64,000 nucleotides of DNA, from the NCBI GenBank assembly GCA_050261115.1, contig JBLNCY010000031.1, forward strand, positions 33,503 through 97,502, read 5' to 3'. The notes below the pieces were generated by a model. That model ran no database searches and had not been told where the DNA came from. It saw only the letters and a list, made by a program, of their open reading frames with translations. The stretch comes from Methanocella sp. (GTDB lineage: Archaea; Thermoproteota; Bathyarchaeia; Bathyarchaeales; Bathycorpusculaceae). This document shows, in pieces, positions 9,930-19,518 of this stretch. The stretch's first letter is position 1. Each line of letters begins with the position of its first letter. The translations under genes were made by a program, and so were the position numbers.

Positions 9930-10219
9930 TATCGTGGGCGACGATACTTTGTGTGGCGCTCGTTTTCCGCACGGACTTTAACGATGCCACGGTGAACAGC
10001 GCACGAGATACAGTAATACTTGGTGTCGACCCAAGAGGCTAGGAAGGTGCCTTTCTGCCGGAGTTCCTTGGCGAGTTGGGGCTCAACGAATGAGACGCGT
10101 CGTGTGGATTTCTTGGCTTTATCACGCGGCACCATCGATCCGCAGTTAACGCATTGAACTAGTGTGCTACTTCCTTTGCTTCCTTTTGATCTTCCTCGGC
10201 TTTTTCGCTTAAATGGCAT
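9926..10219 (-). CDS. rps26e: 30S ribosomal protein S26e
   Basis: KRKSRGR, VQCVNCG..VPRDKA, YCISCAVHRGIVKVR. Confidence 0.95.
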   Translation of the reverse strand: MPFKRKSRGRSKGSKGSSTLVQCVNCGSMVPRDKAKKSTRRVSFVEPQLAKELRQKGTFLASWVDTKYYCISCAVHRGIVKVRAENERHTKYRRPRY

Positions 10220-10271
10220 GAAGTTTTGACTCCTTATTTTCCTTTTTTAACCATTATTTGAATTAGCTTTC

Positions 10272-11159
10272 TTATATATCTGCTCTTAACTTTAAGAGAG
10301 AAGCCACGTTTGTTTTCGATTCAATCTTTGGGACGATTTTGCCCTCGGCTGATGACATTATCGTGGTTACGCCCGGTCCATGTCCTGCGACATGGCAGTT
10401 TGCGTGGACGACTACACCGATGGATATGGCACCTTGGCGGTAGACTCTGCCATAAGAGTGGTCAGCATCAATGATGGCGATTATGTCGCCTATTCGCAGG
10501 GAGTCTAGGCCGTACTGTTCGATGATTGGTTGATCGAAGAGTTGGATGTCGTAGTCTCCTGTGTTGACATTGTTGCTGCCTAAACCTGAACCCATGATGG
10601 CGGCTGGAACAAGGTGGGTGACGCATACTTCGAGTTTGTCTCCGTTTGACTTTGGATCCCACGCCTCCAGTAGGGAGGGGTCCATGTTGAAGACTTTGAT
10701 GTCGGGGTAATCGGGGAGTTGTAGTCCTGTGCCGTAGGCTTTGATTTGTATTTTGTCGCCAATCAGCAGCTTATCGAGCACTTCACTTGAGAAGTCAACC
10801 AGCACATGTTCGACGCCGCCATGCTTACCGATGACGATGCCTCTGTCGCCTTTTGCGTCGCCGGATGCTACGATGGCTTGGTTACCTATGCAGCAGAGGG
10901 CGTTTAGGGCAGTGTTTGGGCCTCGTCCTGTGCCCGGGTCGTTTTCTTTGTTTTCTATGCTAACGCCTGGTTCTACATGGTCTGCTTCCCATCCGACTGC
11001 GGGGTCGCCTACTCGGAGGTTGTAGGTTATGCCGCCGACGCCAGGTAGAACAAACGGGTTGCCTGATGCGGAGACTTTGTATAGCTGGCGAAAGCTTGGG
11101 CTGGCGACTTCGCCCATAACGGAGAGTTTTATGAGTTTATCAGCGTTTGTTCTAATCAT
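10272..11159 (-). CDS. DUF4438 family protein
   Basis: PGVGGITYN, ADHVEPGVS, GKHGGVEHV, GSGLG, GDYDI, GHGPGVT. Confidence 0.8.
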   Translation of the reverse strand: MIRTNADKLIKLSVMGEVASPSFRQLYKVSASGNPFVLPGVGGITYNLRVGDPAVGWEADHVEPGVSIENKENDPGTGRGPNTALNALCCIGNQAIVASGDAKGDRGIVIGKHGGVEHVLVDFSSEVLDKLLIGDKIQIKAYGTGLQLPDYPDIKVFNMDPSLLEAWDPKSNGDKLEVCVTHLVPAAIMGSGLGSNNVNTGDYDIQLFDQPIIEQYGLDSLRIGDIIAIIDADHSYGRVYRQGAISIGVVVHANCHVAGHGPGVTTIMSSAEGKIVPKIESKTNVASLLKLRADI

Positions 11160-11312
11160 AAATTAGTCCTCAAATACTACATGGTGTAACCTGAGGGCAC
11201 CATATAAAGCTAGACACGGCGATTTTTTTGAACTAAGCAACTCTTAAATCATGCGCCTCTTTTTATTGTTCAATTAGAGCTAAGCCTATCTAAATTGTCG
11301 AAGGAACTTGCC

Positions 11313-11891
11313 ATGTCGGAAATTGGATTAAGACCCAAAATGCTGGTGCGAGACGTAATGAGCAGCCCAGTTGTAACTATAGACGAGGATGAAACCGCCA
11401 ATCAAGCTGCCATGAACATGGATATGAAGGATCTAGGCGCGGTTATCGTTCAGAATAAAGCGGGGAAATCTATCGGCATCATAACTGAGCGGGACCTAGT
11501 CATCAGGGTTGTTGCTAAGAACCTTAAACCGGACACTGTTAAAGCTAAAGAGATCATGACAACCCCACTTGTCACAATCGAGCCTGAAGCCACCGTAAGC
11601 GACGCTGCCAGACGCATGACGCGCCTTGACATAAGAAGGCTTGGCGTAGTCTACAAGGGTAACTTGGTCGGGATTATCTCAAGCAAAGACGTCCTAGGCG
11701 TCATGCCTGAACTGCTGGAAATCTATCAGGAACGCGAACGCATCATTGGTGACTCACGCGCTGAAGAAACCATTGAAGTGCCGCTATCAGGTTACTGTGA
11801 ACGCTGCAATGCCTTCTCAGACAGCCTAAAAGAGCGTAACGGCCAACACATCTGCGACGAATGCAGAATCGAGTTAGAAACCGAAACGTAA
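11313..11891 (+). CDS. CBS-pair protein with C-terminal Zn ribbon
   Basis: VRDVMSSPVV, GIITERD, GIISSKD; CERC...CDEC. Start placed at ATG 11313. Confidence 0.88.
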   Translation: MSEIGLRPKMLVRDVMSSPVVTIDEDETANQAAMNMDMKDLGAVIVQNKAGKSIGIITERDLVIRVVAKNLKPDTVKAKEIMTTPLVTIEPEATVSDAARRMTRLDIRRLGVVYKGNLVGIISSKDVLGVMPELLEIYQERERIIGDSRAEETIEVPLSGYCERCNAFSDSLKERNGQHICDECRIELETET

Positions 11892-11905
11892 GATCTCCTT
11901 CTTTT

Positions 11906-12133
11906 CTATTCTTTTGTCACTAGCTTCTTTTGTACAACTGCTACACCGTATTTTAGCAGGCTTTTGGCGCCACTAAGCCTTTTTCTGGGAACGATTGTAA
12001 CGCTGTAGACTAAACCGTAGAGCGATAGCAAGATAGTGGCAAGAAACGATGAGCCAGAGTAAACCACCGGACGCAGAATCAAGAGAAACAAACACGTAAA
12101 CCATTCAGTAGGGGTCTTTTTTAAACTCATCAC
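11906..12133 (-). CDS. small hypothetical membrane protein
   Basis: Fills the gap between two genes; hydrophobic core and basic tail; no family recognised. Confidence 0.45.
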   Translation of the reverse strand: MMSLKKTPTEWFTCLFLLILRPVVYSGSSFLATILLSLYGLVYSVTIVPRKRLSGAKSLLKYGVAVVQKKLVTKE

Positions 12134-12209
12134 ACCGCTTCAGTATTATAGGTTTGAATGTATGAAACTTATTAACAAACTCTTCGCTACACTATAGCCG
12201 TGAACTCTC

Positions 12210-13559
12210 ATGATAGTTGATTCTGTCCTCACCAACGCCAAAGCCTACCTCAAAGAACGGGGCCAAATCGTTGACTGCTGCATAGCCATTGAAGAAGGAA
12301 AAATATACAAAATCGGCAAAGAACCCCAAATGCCCAACGCCGACGAAAAAACTGACTTGCATGGCTTGATGGTGCTTCCAGGGTTAATTGATGAGCATGT
12401 GCATCTGCGAGATGAGGGCAGAGCATACAAAGAAGATTTTGCTTCAGGAACAGCTGCTGCCGCGGCTGGCGGATTTACCACCGTCTTAGATATGCCCAAC
12501 AATGACCCGGTTACGAAGACTGCTAAGCGGCTGGAGAACCGTATGGTGCTCGCGGACCGTCGGTTGCTAGTTAACGTGGGCTTCTACTCCGAGTTCCCAA
12601 ACACCCTCACTGAGGTCAAAGAGATTGCGGATATGGGGGCGGTTGCATTCAAACTGTTCCTAAACGGCCAAATTGGGGGGGTAAACATAGATGACGATGC
12701 CGCTCTCCTGGAGGCCTTTAAGGCAGCTGCTGGCGCTAAACGGCTGGTGGCGGTTCATGCCGAAGACCGCTCTATGATTACGGCGGCCGAAGAGAAGCTC
12801 AAAAGGGCAAAAAAGGCTGCGCCGGTCGAGTTTTTGCGGGCCCACAGCGAGGAAGCGGAACTCCGAGCGGTCCATCGACTTCTGCGATTAACCCAAAAAA
12901 CCGAAACGCACCTGCATTTCTGCCATATTTCAACCGGAGAAGCTCTAAAGGAAATCGAGCAAGCAAAAACGGAGAACCGAAAGGTCACCTGCGAAGTGAC
13001 CCCCAACCACCTTATGCTGACAGATGACGAGGTAGGCCAAAGTGGCGGTTTAGCAATCATGGCTCCACCCCTCCGTAACCGCTTACAAGTGAATGCACTC
13101 TGGAGCGCCATAGCCGATGGAACAGTTGACTGCCTAGGCTCCGATCATGCCCCCCATACACTGGAAGAGAAACAGGCAAGTAGCGTCTGGGAGGTCAAAC
13201 CCGGCATACCCGGTCTAGAAGTTACCTTGCCGCTGATGTTAACTATGGTACAGAAAGGCAAAATCTCACTCAATCAAGTCGTCGCTCTTTTAGCGGAGAA
13301 GCCAGCAGAACTCTACGGCTTAACCGATCGGGGCCAACTGAAGGCAGGCTTAAACGCCGACCTAACGGTTGCCAGCTTTAAACCTTTCAAGATAGATACA
13401 GCCAAATTCAAGACCAAAGCCAAATTCTCACCCTACAATGGCTGGGAAGTCTATGGGCGACCCATAAAAACCATAGTCAACGGTACCCTCGTCTATGACG
13501 ACGGTGACATTGTGGCTAAGGGCGGGGTGGGCGCTGTGGTGCGGGGAGGCAGCCTTTGA
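12210..13559 (+). CDS. pyrC: dihydroorotase (amidohydrolase family)
   Basis: PGLIDEHVHLR, AAAGGFTTVLDMPN, HAED, CEVTPNHL, GSDHAPH. Confidence 0.85.
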   Translation: MIVDSVLTNAKAYLKERGQIVDCCIAIEEGKIYKIGKEPQMPNADEKTDLHGLMVLPGLIDEHVHLRDEGRAYKEDFASGTAAAAAGGFTTVLDMPNNDPVTKTAKRLENRMVLADRRLLVNVGFYSEFPNTLTEVKEIADMGAVAFKLFLNGQIGGVNIDDDAALLEAFKAAAGAKRLVAVHAEDRSMITAAEEKLKRAKKAAPVEFLRAHSEEAELRAVHRLLRLTQKTETHLHFCHISTGEALKEIEQAKTENRKVTCEVTPNHLMLTDDEVGQSGGLAIMAPPLRNRLQVNALWSAIADGTVDCLGSDHAPHTLEEKQASSVWEVKPGIPGLEVTLPLMLTMVQKGKISLNQVVALLAEKPAELYGLTDRGQLKAGLNADLTVASFKPFKIDTAKFKTKAKFSPYNGWEVYGRPIKTIVNGTLVYDDGDIVAKGGVGAVVRGGSL

Positions 13560-14056
13560 GGTTCTTAGCGGATGGGATGCTGGGTGGGCTTACACGTTGG
13601 CTAAGGATGCTTGGACAAGATGTCCTGTATAGTACAGAGCTAAGCGATAACGAGTTGCTTTCCCTGTCAAAGGGCGAGGGACGTGTGCTTTTGACGAGGG
13701 ATTTGGAGCTCTACAAACGTGCCGTCAGTCGAGGAATAGAAGCCTTCTATGCAGAAGGCGAAGGGGAGGCGGAGCGGCTGGCAGGGGTTGCTAAACGCTA
13801 TGGGTTAACGCTTGAGATTGATATGGATAGGTCTCGTTGTCCGCTTTGCAATGGGAAACTTGAAGTTGCGCCAAAAGAGCAACTCAAAGACAAGCTCCAA
13901 CCCAACACCTACCGCCATTACAACCAGTTCTGGCAGTGCCCCAACTGCGGCCAAATCTACTGGCAAGGTTCCCACTGGAAACATATCAGCCAAACAATAG
14001 CCTTAGCACAACAAAAAATCGTCCCTGCACCTGTTGAGGGCACCAAGCCAGCCTAA
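13556..14056 (+). CDS. Mut7-C RNase (PIN-like) domain protein
   Basis: FLADGMLGGLTRWLRMLG, LLTRD, RCPLCN, CPNCGQIYWQGSH; TTGA overlap with the pyrC stop. Confidence 0.9.
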   Translation: MRFLADGMLGGLTRWLRMLGQDVLYSTELSDNELLSLSKGEGRVLLTRDLELYKRAVSRGIEAFYAEGEGEAERLAGVAKRYGLTLEIDMDRSRCPLCNGKLEVAPKEQLKDKLQPNTYRHYNQFWQCPNCGQIYWQGSHWKHISQTIALAQQKIVPAPVEGTKPA

Positions 14057-14110
14057 TCAATCGGTGTTCTTCGCGTCTGGCAGGTTGCCTTCAAGCGTGG
14101 GTTTACCCGT

Positions 14111-14155
14111 GTTGGTTCTATATATAAGGAAGGGGGTAGGTCGGCAAAACAACAG
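14111..14155 (+). repeat. dispersed ~50-bp repeat, copy 1
   Basis: GTTGGTTCTATATATAAGGAAGGGGGTAGGTCGGCAAAACAACAG; matches copies at 20951 and 35817. Confidence 0.75.
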
Positions 14156-14237
14156 ACAACAACAAAAACCAGAATACAAAGCTATTAGGTTGAACAAAAA
14201 AAGAAAAAGGAAAGATTGGTTGCTTTTTCCAGTCTTT

Positions 14238-16832
14238 TTATGGTCGCTTCTTCAGAGTCATGATGATTACAACGCCGACAACCACTATTGCGATTGCCAG
14301 GGCTGCAATTGCTGGGAAGAAGTATGTTTCAACCATGGAAGCTGGTTCAGCTGTTGGTTCTGGTGTTGCTGGCGGTGGGTTGGTGACGCTGACTACTGTT
14401 TCTGCCTGTGAGCCCCAGTATGAGTTGGAGCCTGAGTAGACTGCAAAGATTCTGTAGATGCCTGGTACTTCGGGTGTGTAGCTGATTGCGTAGAGTCCGT
14501 TAGCGTCGCTTGTAGCTTCGCCGATGCTTACATAGTTGCCGTTGGGGTCAACTGCCATCAAGCTGACTGTGACACCAGTGACGTCCATTGGGCGTGGCTG
14601 CTGCTCGTAAACGTATTCCATCCATGCAGTCATGCTTTCTTCAGAGACTGCGGGAACACCGTCTGGGAAGCGTGCGGCCTGCTCGTGTTGCTTTGTGCCA
14701 GGTGAAATGTCGTAGACTTTGCCCTGAATCAGTACACTGTTGCCCTGTTGGATTACGTCGTTTCGGATTTCAACTGTTGTCTTGCTTGGGCCCTTGCCTA
14801 GAGTGTAGATTTGGCCGTCGTATGCATTGAGGAATGACATGTAGCCGTCTGCGATGGCGACTGGAGCGTTGGAGGTTCCTAGACCGGATGCTGACCAGTC
14901 AAGAAGCGTCCAGAGTTCTTCGCCGGTAGTTGCGTTGAGTGCACGTGCACGGTACCCGAGGTAGAGTGGCGTGTTAGGTGAGTGCTCGCCTGACATGGTG
15001 TAGACGATGCCGTTAGCGAATGCTGCGATGTGTGTTGGGTAATTGCCCCAAGGTGTGTCTGAGCCAGTGTTTGTGCTGTTGCCTTCGCCGCCGTTGCCGT
15101 ATGTCCAGAGTAGTGAGCCGTCTTTCATTGAGTAGCAGTAGACGACACCGCCGTATCCAGCGACATAGAGGTTGCCGTATGCGGGTAGACCTTCACGTGC
15201 GCTGTAGTACTGGAACTGTGGAGGCATTTCTGGACCAACTGGACCCCAGAGTTTGTTGCCAGTGTCTAAGCTGTATGCTAAGCGTTGACCGGTTTCAAAT
15301 CTTGTCATGGTGAAGGCACGTGTAACTGGATCGATGGGTTGCATTGAGAGCATTTCGGTTTGGTTACCTTCGGGAGCTGCATAGTCTTTCTTCCAGACTA
15401 GGCGTCCGCGGTCGTCTGCTTCGTCACTAAGTGCCCACATGGTCCATGGGTTGCTGTTGGGGTTTGGCTGTGAAACTAACCCGATATTGCTGCTGCGACC
15501 AAGGATTATGTCACCTGGAAGAACACCGACAATAGCGGGGCTTACGTTACCGACAAGATCAGCAGTGATTGTCACGTTAGCCGAGTAGCATGCGGATGTG
15601 CCCGCGTTTATGACTACACCTGCGCCTACTGCGCCGGTTGTTGTAGTTGAGCCACCGTTTGGCCAGCCAGGTTCATTGTTAATAGTGGATTGGCTAAGGA
15701 TTGCTGCGGTGCTGTTCCATACCAGTAAGCGTCCAGTTTTGGCAGTTGTGTTGTAGCTTAGGACATATCGGAGGATGTCGCCAGTGTTTGTTGTGACTTC
15801 TGTACCTGAAGGGACGTTAGTGAGGTTCATAAGCCACTGCTTGTTAGCTGCGTTGTATCCGACCCAAGTGTTGCCTACAACTTGCCATAGAATACCGCCT
15901 ACAACACCGTGTTGGTTAGCGGACTCAAATTCGACAAGTGAAGCTTTTGTTGGGAAGAAGGTATCGCTTGTCCAAACAGTTTCGCCAGTGGCTAAGTCAA
16001 CGCCGACCATTTGGCCGTTACCGCCGTTTTCGCCGTTTGGTTCACGGTAGTATAGTATGCCTTGTAGTATGATGGGGTTGCCGAATCTTGTGTTGTATGA
16101 GAAGCCGCTGTAGTATGTTGGTGCGGTTAGGGTATCTTGGTCATACTGCACTGTCATGTCGCCCGTCAAGCCGCCGTATTCAAGGGGCTTTGTCCAGACG
16201 ATGTGTGCACTTTCTGGTGAAAGACCGTTCTTTTGCCAGAGGTCAGCTGTTGCTGCGCCTGCTAGCCAGTTAGAACTGATGGTGGACCAAGCATGGTTTT
16301 GGCCGAAGATTGGACGTGACCAGTACTCAGTTGGCAGTGGAATTGCAGGTAAACCAGTGACTGGAGTCTCCTGTACTGTTAGAGTTGTAGATGCACTGCT
16401 TGCTGTGTAGGTATCGTTTTGGTATTGTCCGCCGTAGTCATAGACTTGACCGGGGAAGTTGAAGTAGAGGTTGTATGTGCCGACTTGGTCAGGTGTAAAT
16501 TGGTAGTACTGTGAGGATGTTGTGTCGGTGATTGTTGGGAAGATTTTCTCTGTTCTTGTTCCGTCAGGTGCAACGATTGTCAGGTTGTAGTTGCGGAAGC
16601 GGATGTTGTTAGTGATGCCTGCGCCCTGGATGACGGTGTCAAGCCAGAAAACAATGTTTGTCTGTTGACCAACGCCAACAGGGTTTGGTGCCGCGCTGAT
16701 GTAAGCAAATGTCGTGATTTCCCAAGGTGGAGTATGTGCCGATGCGTCTGGTGGTAGTATTGACAGACCGATTGATGCTGCTAAGACAGCAACAATCAAA
16801 ACGGTTATAGTTTGCTTTTTATACAATTGCAT
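14238..16832 (-). CDS. secreted PQQ-like beta-propeller surface protein with C-terminal TM anchor
   Basis: Signal peptide, PNPVGVGQ, repeated DL.TG..W motifs, Pro/Thr linker, TM and KKRP end. Confidence 0.85.
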   Translation of the reverse strand: MQLYKKQTITVLIVAVLAASIGLSILPPDASAHTPPWEITTFAYISAAPNPVGVGQQTNIVFWLDTVIQGAGITNNIRFRNYNLTIVAPDGTRTEKIFPTITDTTSSQYYQFTPDQVGTYNLYFNFPGQVYDYGGQYQNDTYTASSASTTLTVQETPVTGLPAIPLPTEYWSRPIFGQNHAWSTISSNWLAGAATADLWQKNGLSPESAHIVWTKPLEYGGLTGDMTVQYDQDTLTAPTYYSGFSYNTRFGNPIILQGILYYREPNGENGGNGQMVGVDLATGETVWTSDTFFPTKASLVEFESANQHGVVGGILWQVVGNTWVGYNAANKQWLMNLTNVPSGTEVTTNTGDILRYVLSYNTTAKTGRLLVWNSTAAILSQSTINNEPGWPNGGSTTTTGAVGAGVVINAGTSACYSANVTITADLVGNVSPAIVGVLPGDIILGRSSNIGLVSQPNPNSNPWTMWALSDEADDRGRLVWKKDYAAPEGNQTEMLSMQPIDPVTRAFTMTRFETGQRLAYSLDTGNKLWGPVGPEMPPQFQYYSAREGLPAYGNLYVAGYGGVVYCYSMKDGSLLWTYGNGGEGNSTNTGSDTPWGNYPTHIAAFANGIVYTMSGEHSPNTPLYLGYRARALNATTGEELWTLLDWSASGLGTSNAPVAIADGYMSFLNAYDGQIYTLGKGPSKTTVEIRNDVIQQGNSVLIQGKVYDISPGTKQHEQAARFPDGVPAVSEESMTAWMEYVYEQQPRPMDVTGVTVSLMAVDPNGNYVSIGEATSDANGLYAISYTPEVPGIYRIFAVYSGSNSYWGSQAETVVSVTNPPPATPEPTAEPASMVETYFFPAIAALAIAIVVVGVVIIMTLKKRP

Positions 16833-16987
16833 TTCTTTTTCTCCTGTGGTGTCGTAACTTCATTTAAAGATGATACTTATGAGTTAGTTTTCACAGTGTG
16901 ATGCGACAGGTCGCCAAAATACCATCAAAGAAAGACCCATAGGGCACTAACGTGTCAGCCATCGATTAAAAAATTAAATAGAGAGGG

Positions 16988-17683
16988 TTAGTCTCTGCTG
17001 GATAATACCAGAATGTAGTCTGCTGTATCAGCACACATGTCTGCGGCTTGTTCAATAAACTCGATCAAGTCATCAAAGATAACCATAGCGCCGCAGTTCA
17101 TCGATACCCCATACTTGATAAATAGCCCCTTTGCTTTGAGGTACTCTTCGTCGATGAAGTGCTCGATGTCTCCGACCTTCTTGGCTTCTTTTATGGCGTC
17201 ATTGGGCGCGGAGGATATCTTTTCGATGCTTCCACGGAGCGTTTGAGCAGTCTCCACCAGCTTTGTAGTCATGAAAACTGTCTTGTCCATCAACTCCGAG
17301 GGGATGTCCGCCTCATATAGCATCTCAAGACAGCGAGCTGCGTCCTTTACGTGATCAGCTAGGGTGTCGAGGCGTTTAACGAGGTGAAGTAGATCTTCTC
17401 GATAATCAGAAACCAACGCGGCGCCCTTTGATAGCTCCATAAAGGTGTCTGTGCGGAGCTGGTCTACTTCCTCTTCGGCTTCGTAGAGGTTTGCGATGTA
17501 TTTTTTGGCGTCTTTCACGTTCTTTTCTGAGAAGCACTTCGTTGCTTTCTGCAACCAAGTAACGGTATCGAACGCTTTTGTGATCTGCTCATGTGCGAGT
17601 TCCAATCCACGGGTTCTACGTCGCTGCTCGAACCAGTCGTAACTCTTTTTTTCCACTATACCAACTCCGAATTTACTACTCAT
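16988..17683 (-). CDS. DUF47/PhoU-like phosphate transport regulator family
   Basis: Helical repeats EEEVD..R, REDLL.L..RLD.LAD, IEQAAD.CADTAD. Start may be GTG 17656. Confidence 0.8.
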   Translation of the reverse strand: MSSKFGVGIVEKKSYDWFEQRRRTRGLELAHEQITKAFDTVTWLQKATKCFSEKNVKDAKKYIANLYEAEEEVDQLRTDTFMELSKGAALVSDYREDLLHLVKRLDTLADHVKDAARCLEMLYEADIPSELMDKTVFMTTKLVETAQTLRGSIEKISSAPNDAIKEAKKVGDIEHFIDEEYLKAKGLFIKYGVSMNCGAMVIFDDLIEFIEQAADMCADTADYILVLSSRD

Positions 17684-17739
17684 TAGACTCTCTTGTAGAT
17701 ATAACCCTTCCTTCTACGCCCTGTAATGGCTCCTTGTGC

Positions 17740-18660
17740 TTAGGCATGAAGCACCGCCCGTGCCAAAGCGACCTTATCATCCAGCGACTTCATCACCGTA
17801 TTAGTAACTGTAACATCCAACCCCAACTTTTTGATAGGCTCCTTTAGTGAGACATCTTTAACATCGATTACGAGGGCGTCAAGAAAATCCGAATAAAACT
17901 TTGCTATGCCCAATGCTGAAACCTCAAATCCTAATCCCCGAAGCATCCTATCGGCAGGGCCCTTAATGGTTGCGCCAGCTACAATGGGACTTACCGCCAC
18001 CGCTCTTGCTTTGGCACGCCTTAAAGCATCGCGAACGCTGACTATCGAGAGTATTGTGCCGATGCTAACTACAGGGTTGCTGGGGCAAACAACAAGCAAA
18101 TCCGCCTCGGAAATAGCTTGCAAAACTCCGGGGGCTGGTTTTGCTTGGTCTTCACCGAGGAAGTCTACGCCTAAAAAGTCATCTTTGCATTGCCGCTTCA
18201 CAAAGTACTCCTCAAAGTGAATTGAACCGGTGGGTGTTTTGACTCTTGTTTCGAAGTGGTCGTTGCTCATGGGTAAAATTCTTGCTCTAACGCCCAATTG
18301 ACGCCGAATCTCATCAGTTACCTGGGTTAGTTTGGCGCCTTGGCGGAGGCGGTTGGTTCGATAGATATGTGTTGCCAAGTCTCTGTCGCCTAGGTTGAAC
18401 CACGCTTCTGCGCCGTATGCTTTGAGCATATCAAGGCATTGGAAAGTGTCGTTTTTTATTCCCCAGCCCTTGGTTTCATCAACGATGCCAGCTAAGGTAT
18501 AGGTGACGATGTCTATATCGGGGGATATGTGGAGTCCATGCAGAGTTATGTCGTCGCCAGTGTTGACTATTACCGTAAGGTTCTCGGGAGACATTGCCTG
18601 TGTTAAGCCGGTTAGGAATCTTGCTGCACCAACTCCGCCTGCTAACGCTGTTACCTTCAA
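17740..18660 (-). CDS. cofD: 2-phospho-L-lactate transferase (F420 biosynthesis)
   Basis: LAGGVGAARF, VNTGDD, ISPDID, WFNLGDRDLATH, HFEEY, PSNPVVSI, KGPA. Start placed at TTG 18660. Confidence 0.93.
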   Translation of the reverse strand: MKVTALAGGVGAARFLTGLTQAMSPENLTVIVNTGDDITLHGLHISPDIDIVTYTLAGIVDETKGWGIKNDTFQCLDMLKAYGAEAWFNLGDRDLATHIYRTNRLRQGAKLTQVTDEIRRQLGVRARILPMSNDHFETRVKTPTGSIHFEEYFVKRQCKDDFLGVDFLGEDQAKPAPGVLQAISEADLLVVCPSNPVVSIGTILSIVSVRDALRRAKARAVAVSPIVAGATIKGPADRMLRGLGFEVSALGIAKFYSDFLDALVIDVKDVSLKEPIKKLGLDVTVTNTVMKSLDDKVALARAVLHA

Positions 18661-18764
18661 ACAGTTCTCTCCAGTAGTTGATTTGGCACCATTAGTAAGC
18701 ATGCGGTTAGATGCTTAAAAAGCGTTTAGAACTAAGTTAAAAGTAAAGTTGGGGGTTTGGGGAT

Positions 18765-19466
18765 TTATTCAGAAGCTGAGGGAGCCTCTGGTTCTTCAAT
18801 TTCTTCTTCTATTTCCTCTTCGGTTTCCTCAGCGTCTTCTGGCTCTTCTGCTTCTTGGATTGGAGCGTCTTTTGGTAGGTTTGTGGGGGCAGCGATGAGT
18901 TTGGATTTGCGTATGCCGACGTGTCTTAGTGGCGCGACGAGTTTAGCTTGGTTGTAGATGTCTGAGGCGATTTTGCCGAGAACCATTTCTTGTACGAATT
19001 GGTCAAGAGTTAACGAGGCAGATTTTTCTCGGATAATCTTTTCCATCATGTCACGGATGAGTTTTTCCTGAGAGGTCTTTATGCGTGAGAGGGTTAATGC
19101 TGAGACGGAGATGCGTAGTTTGAAGCCGTCTTTTGTTGTGATGTTGAATAATCCGTCGACTTTGGTTGTTCTTCTGCGGACCAAGCTTCTTAGGAAGTCA
19201 CGCGAGTACTCATGACCCTTAAAGAGGGTGCGTGCGGTTTTTCCTTCGATAGCGTGGATTTGGAAGAACATTTTCAGGTAGTGATGTGAAAAGTCGCCGG
19301 TGATATCGTAGAGTGTAGCCTCGACGACTCTGCCTATTAACATCTGTTCTTCTTGGGCTGGAATTGAGCCTAGCTCTATGTTGCCGAAGAATGACGGCGC
19401 AACGACCATGTACCATGTCTTGCTGCGCCATTTATCGCGAATATGCTTTGCTGATTTAGCGGACAA
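18765..19466 (-). CDS. rps3ae: 30S ribosomal protein S3Ae
   Basis: RDKWRSKTWY, GRVVEATLYDITGD, RSLVRRRTTKVD; acidic tail. Confidence 0.95.
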   Translation of the reverse strand: MSAKSAKHIRDKWRSKTWYMVVAPSFFGNIELGSIPAQEEQMLIGRVVEATLYDITGDFSHHYLKMFFQIHAIEGKTARTLFKGHEYSRDFLRSLVRRRTTKVDGLFNITTKDGFKLRISVSALTLSRIKTSQEKLIRDMMEKIIREKSASLTLDQFVQEMVLGKIASDIYNQAKLVAPLRHVGIRKSKLIAAPTNLPKDAPIQEAEEPEDAEETEEEIEEEIEEPEAPSASE

Positions 19467-19518
19467 AGGTTATTTCTCCGAACCGTCCCAAAACAATCTC
19501 AACGATATATTAAAACTT

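Noticed and set aside
12105-12133. Second C/D-box RNA (GTGATGA...CTGA, minus strand)
   Set aside because: No C'/D partner or terminal stem; coincides with a plausible ORF start.
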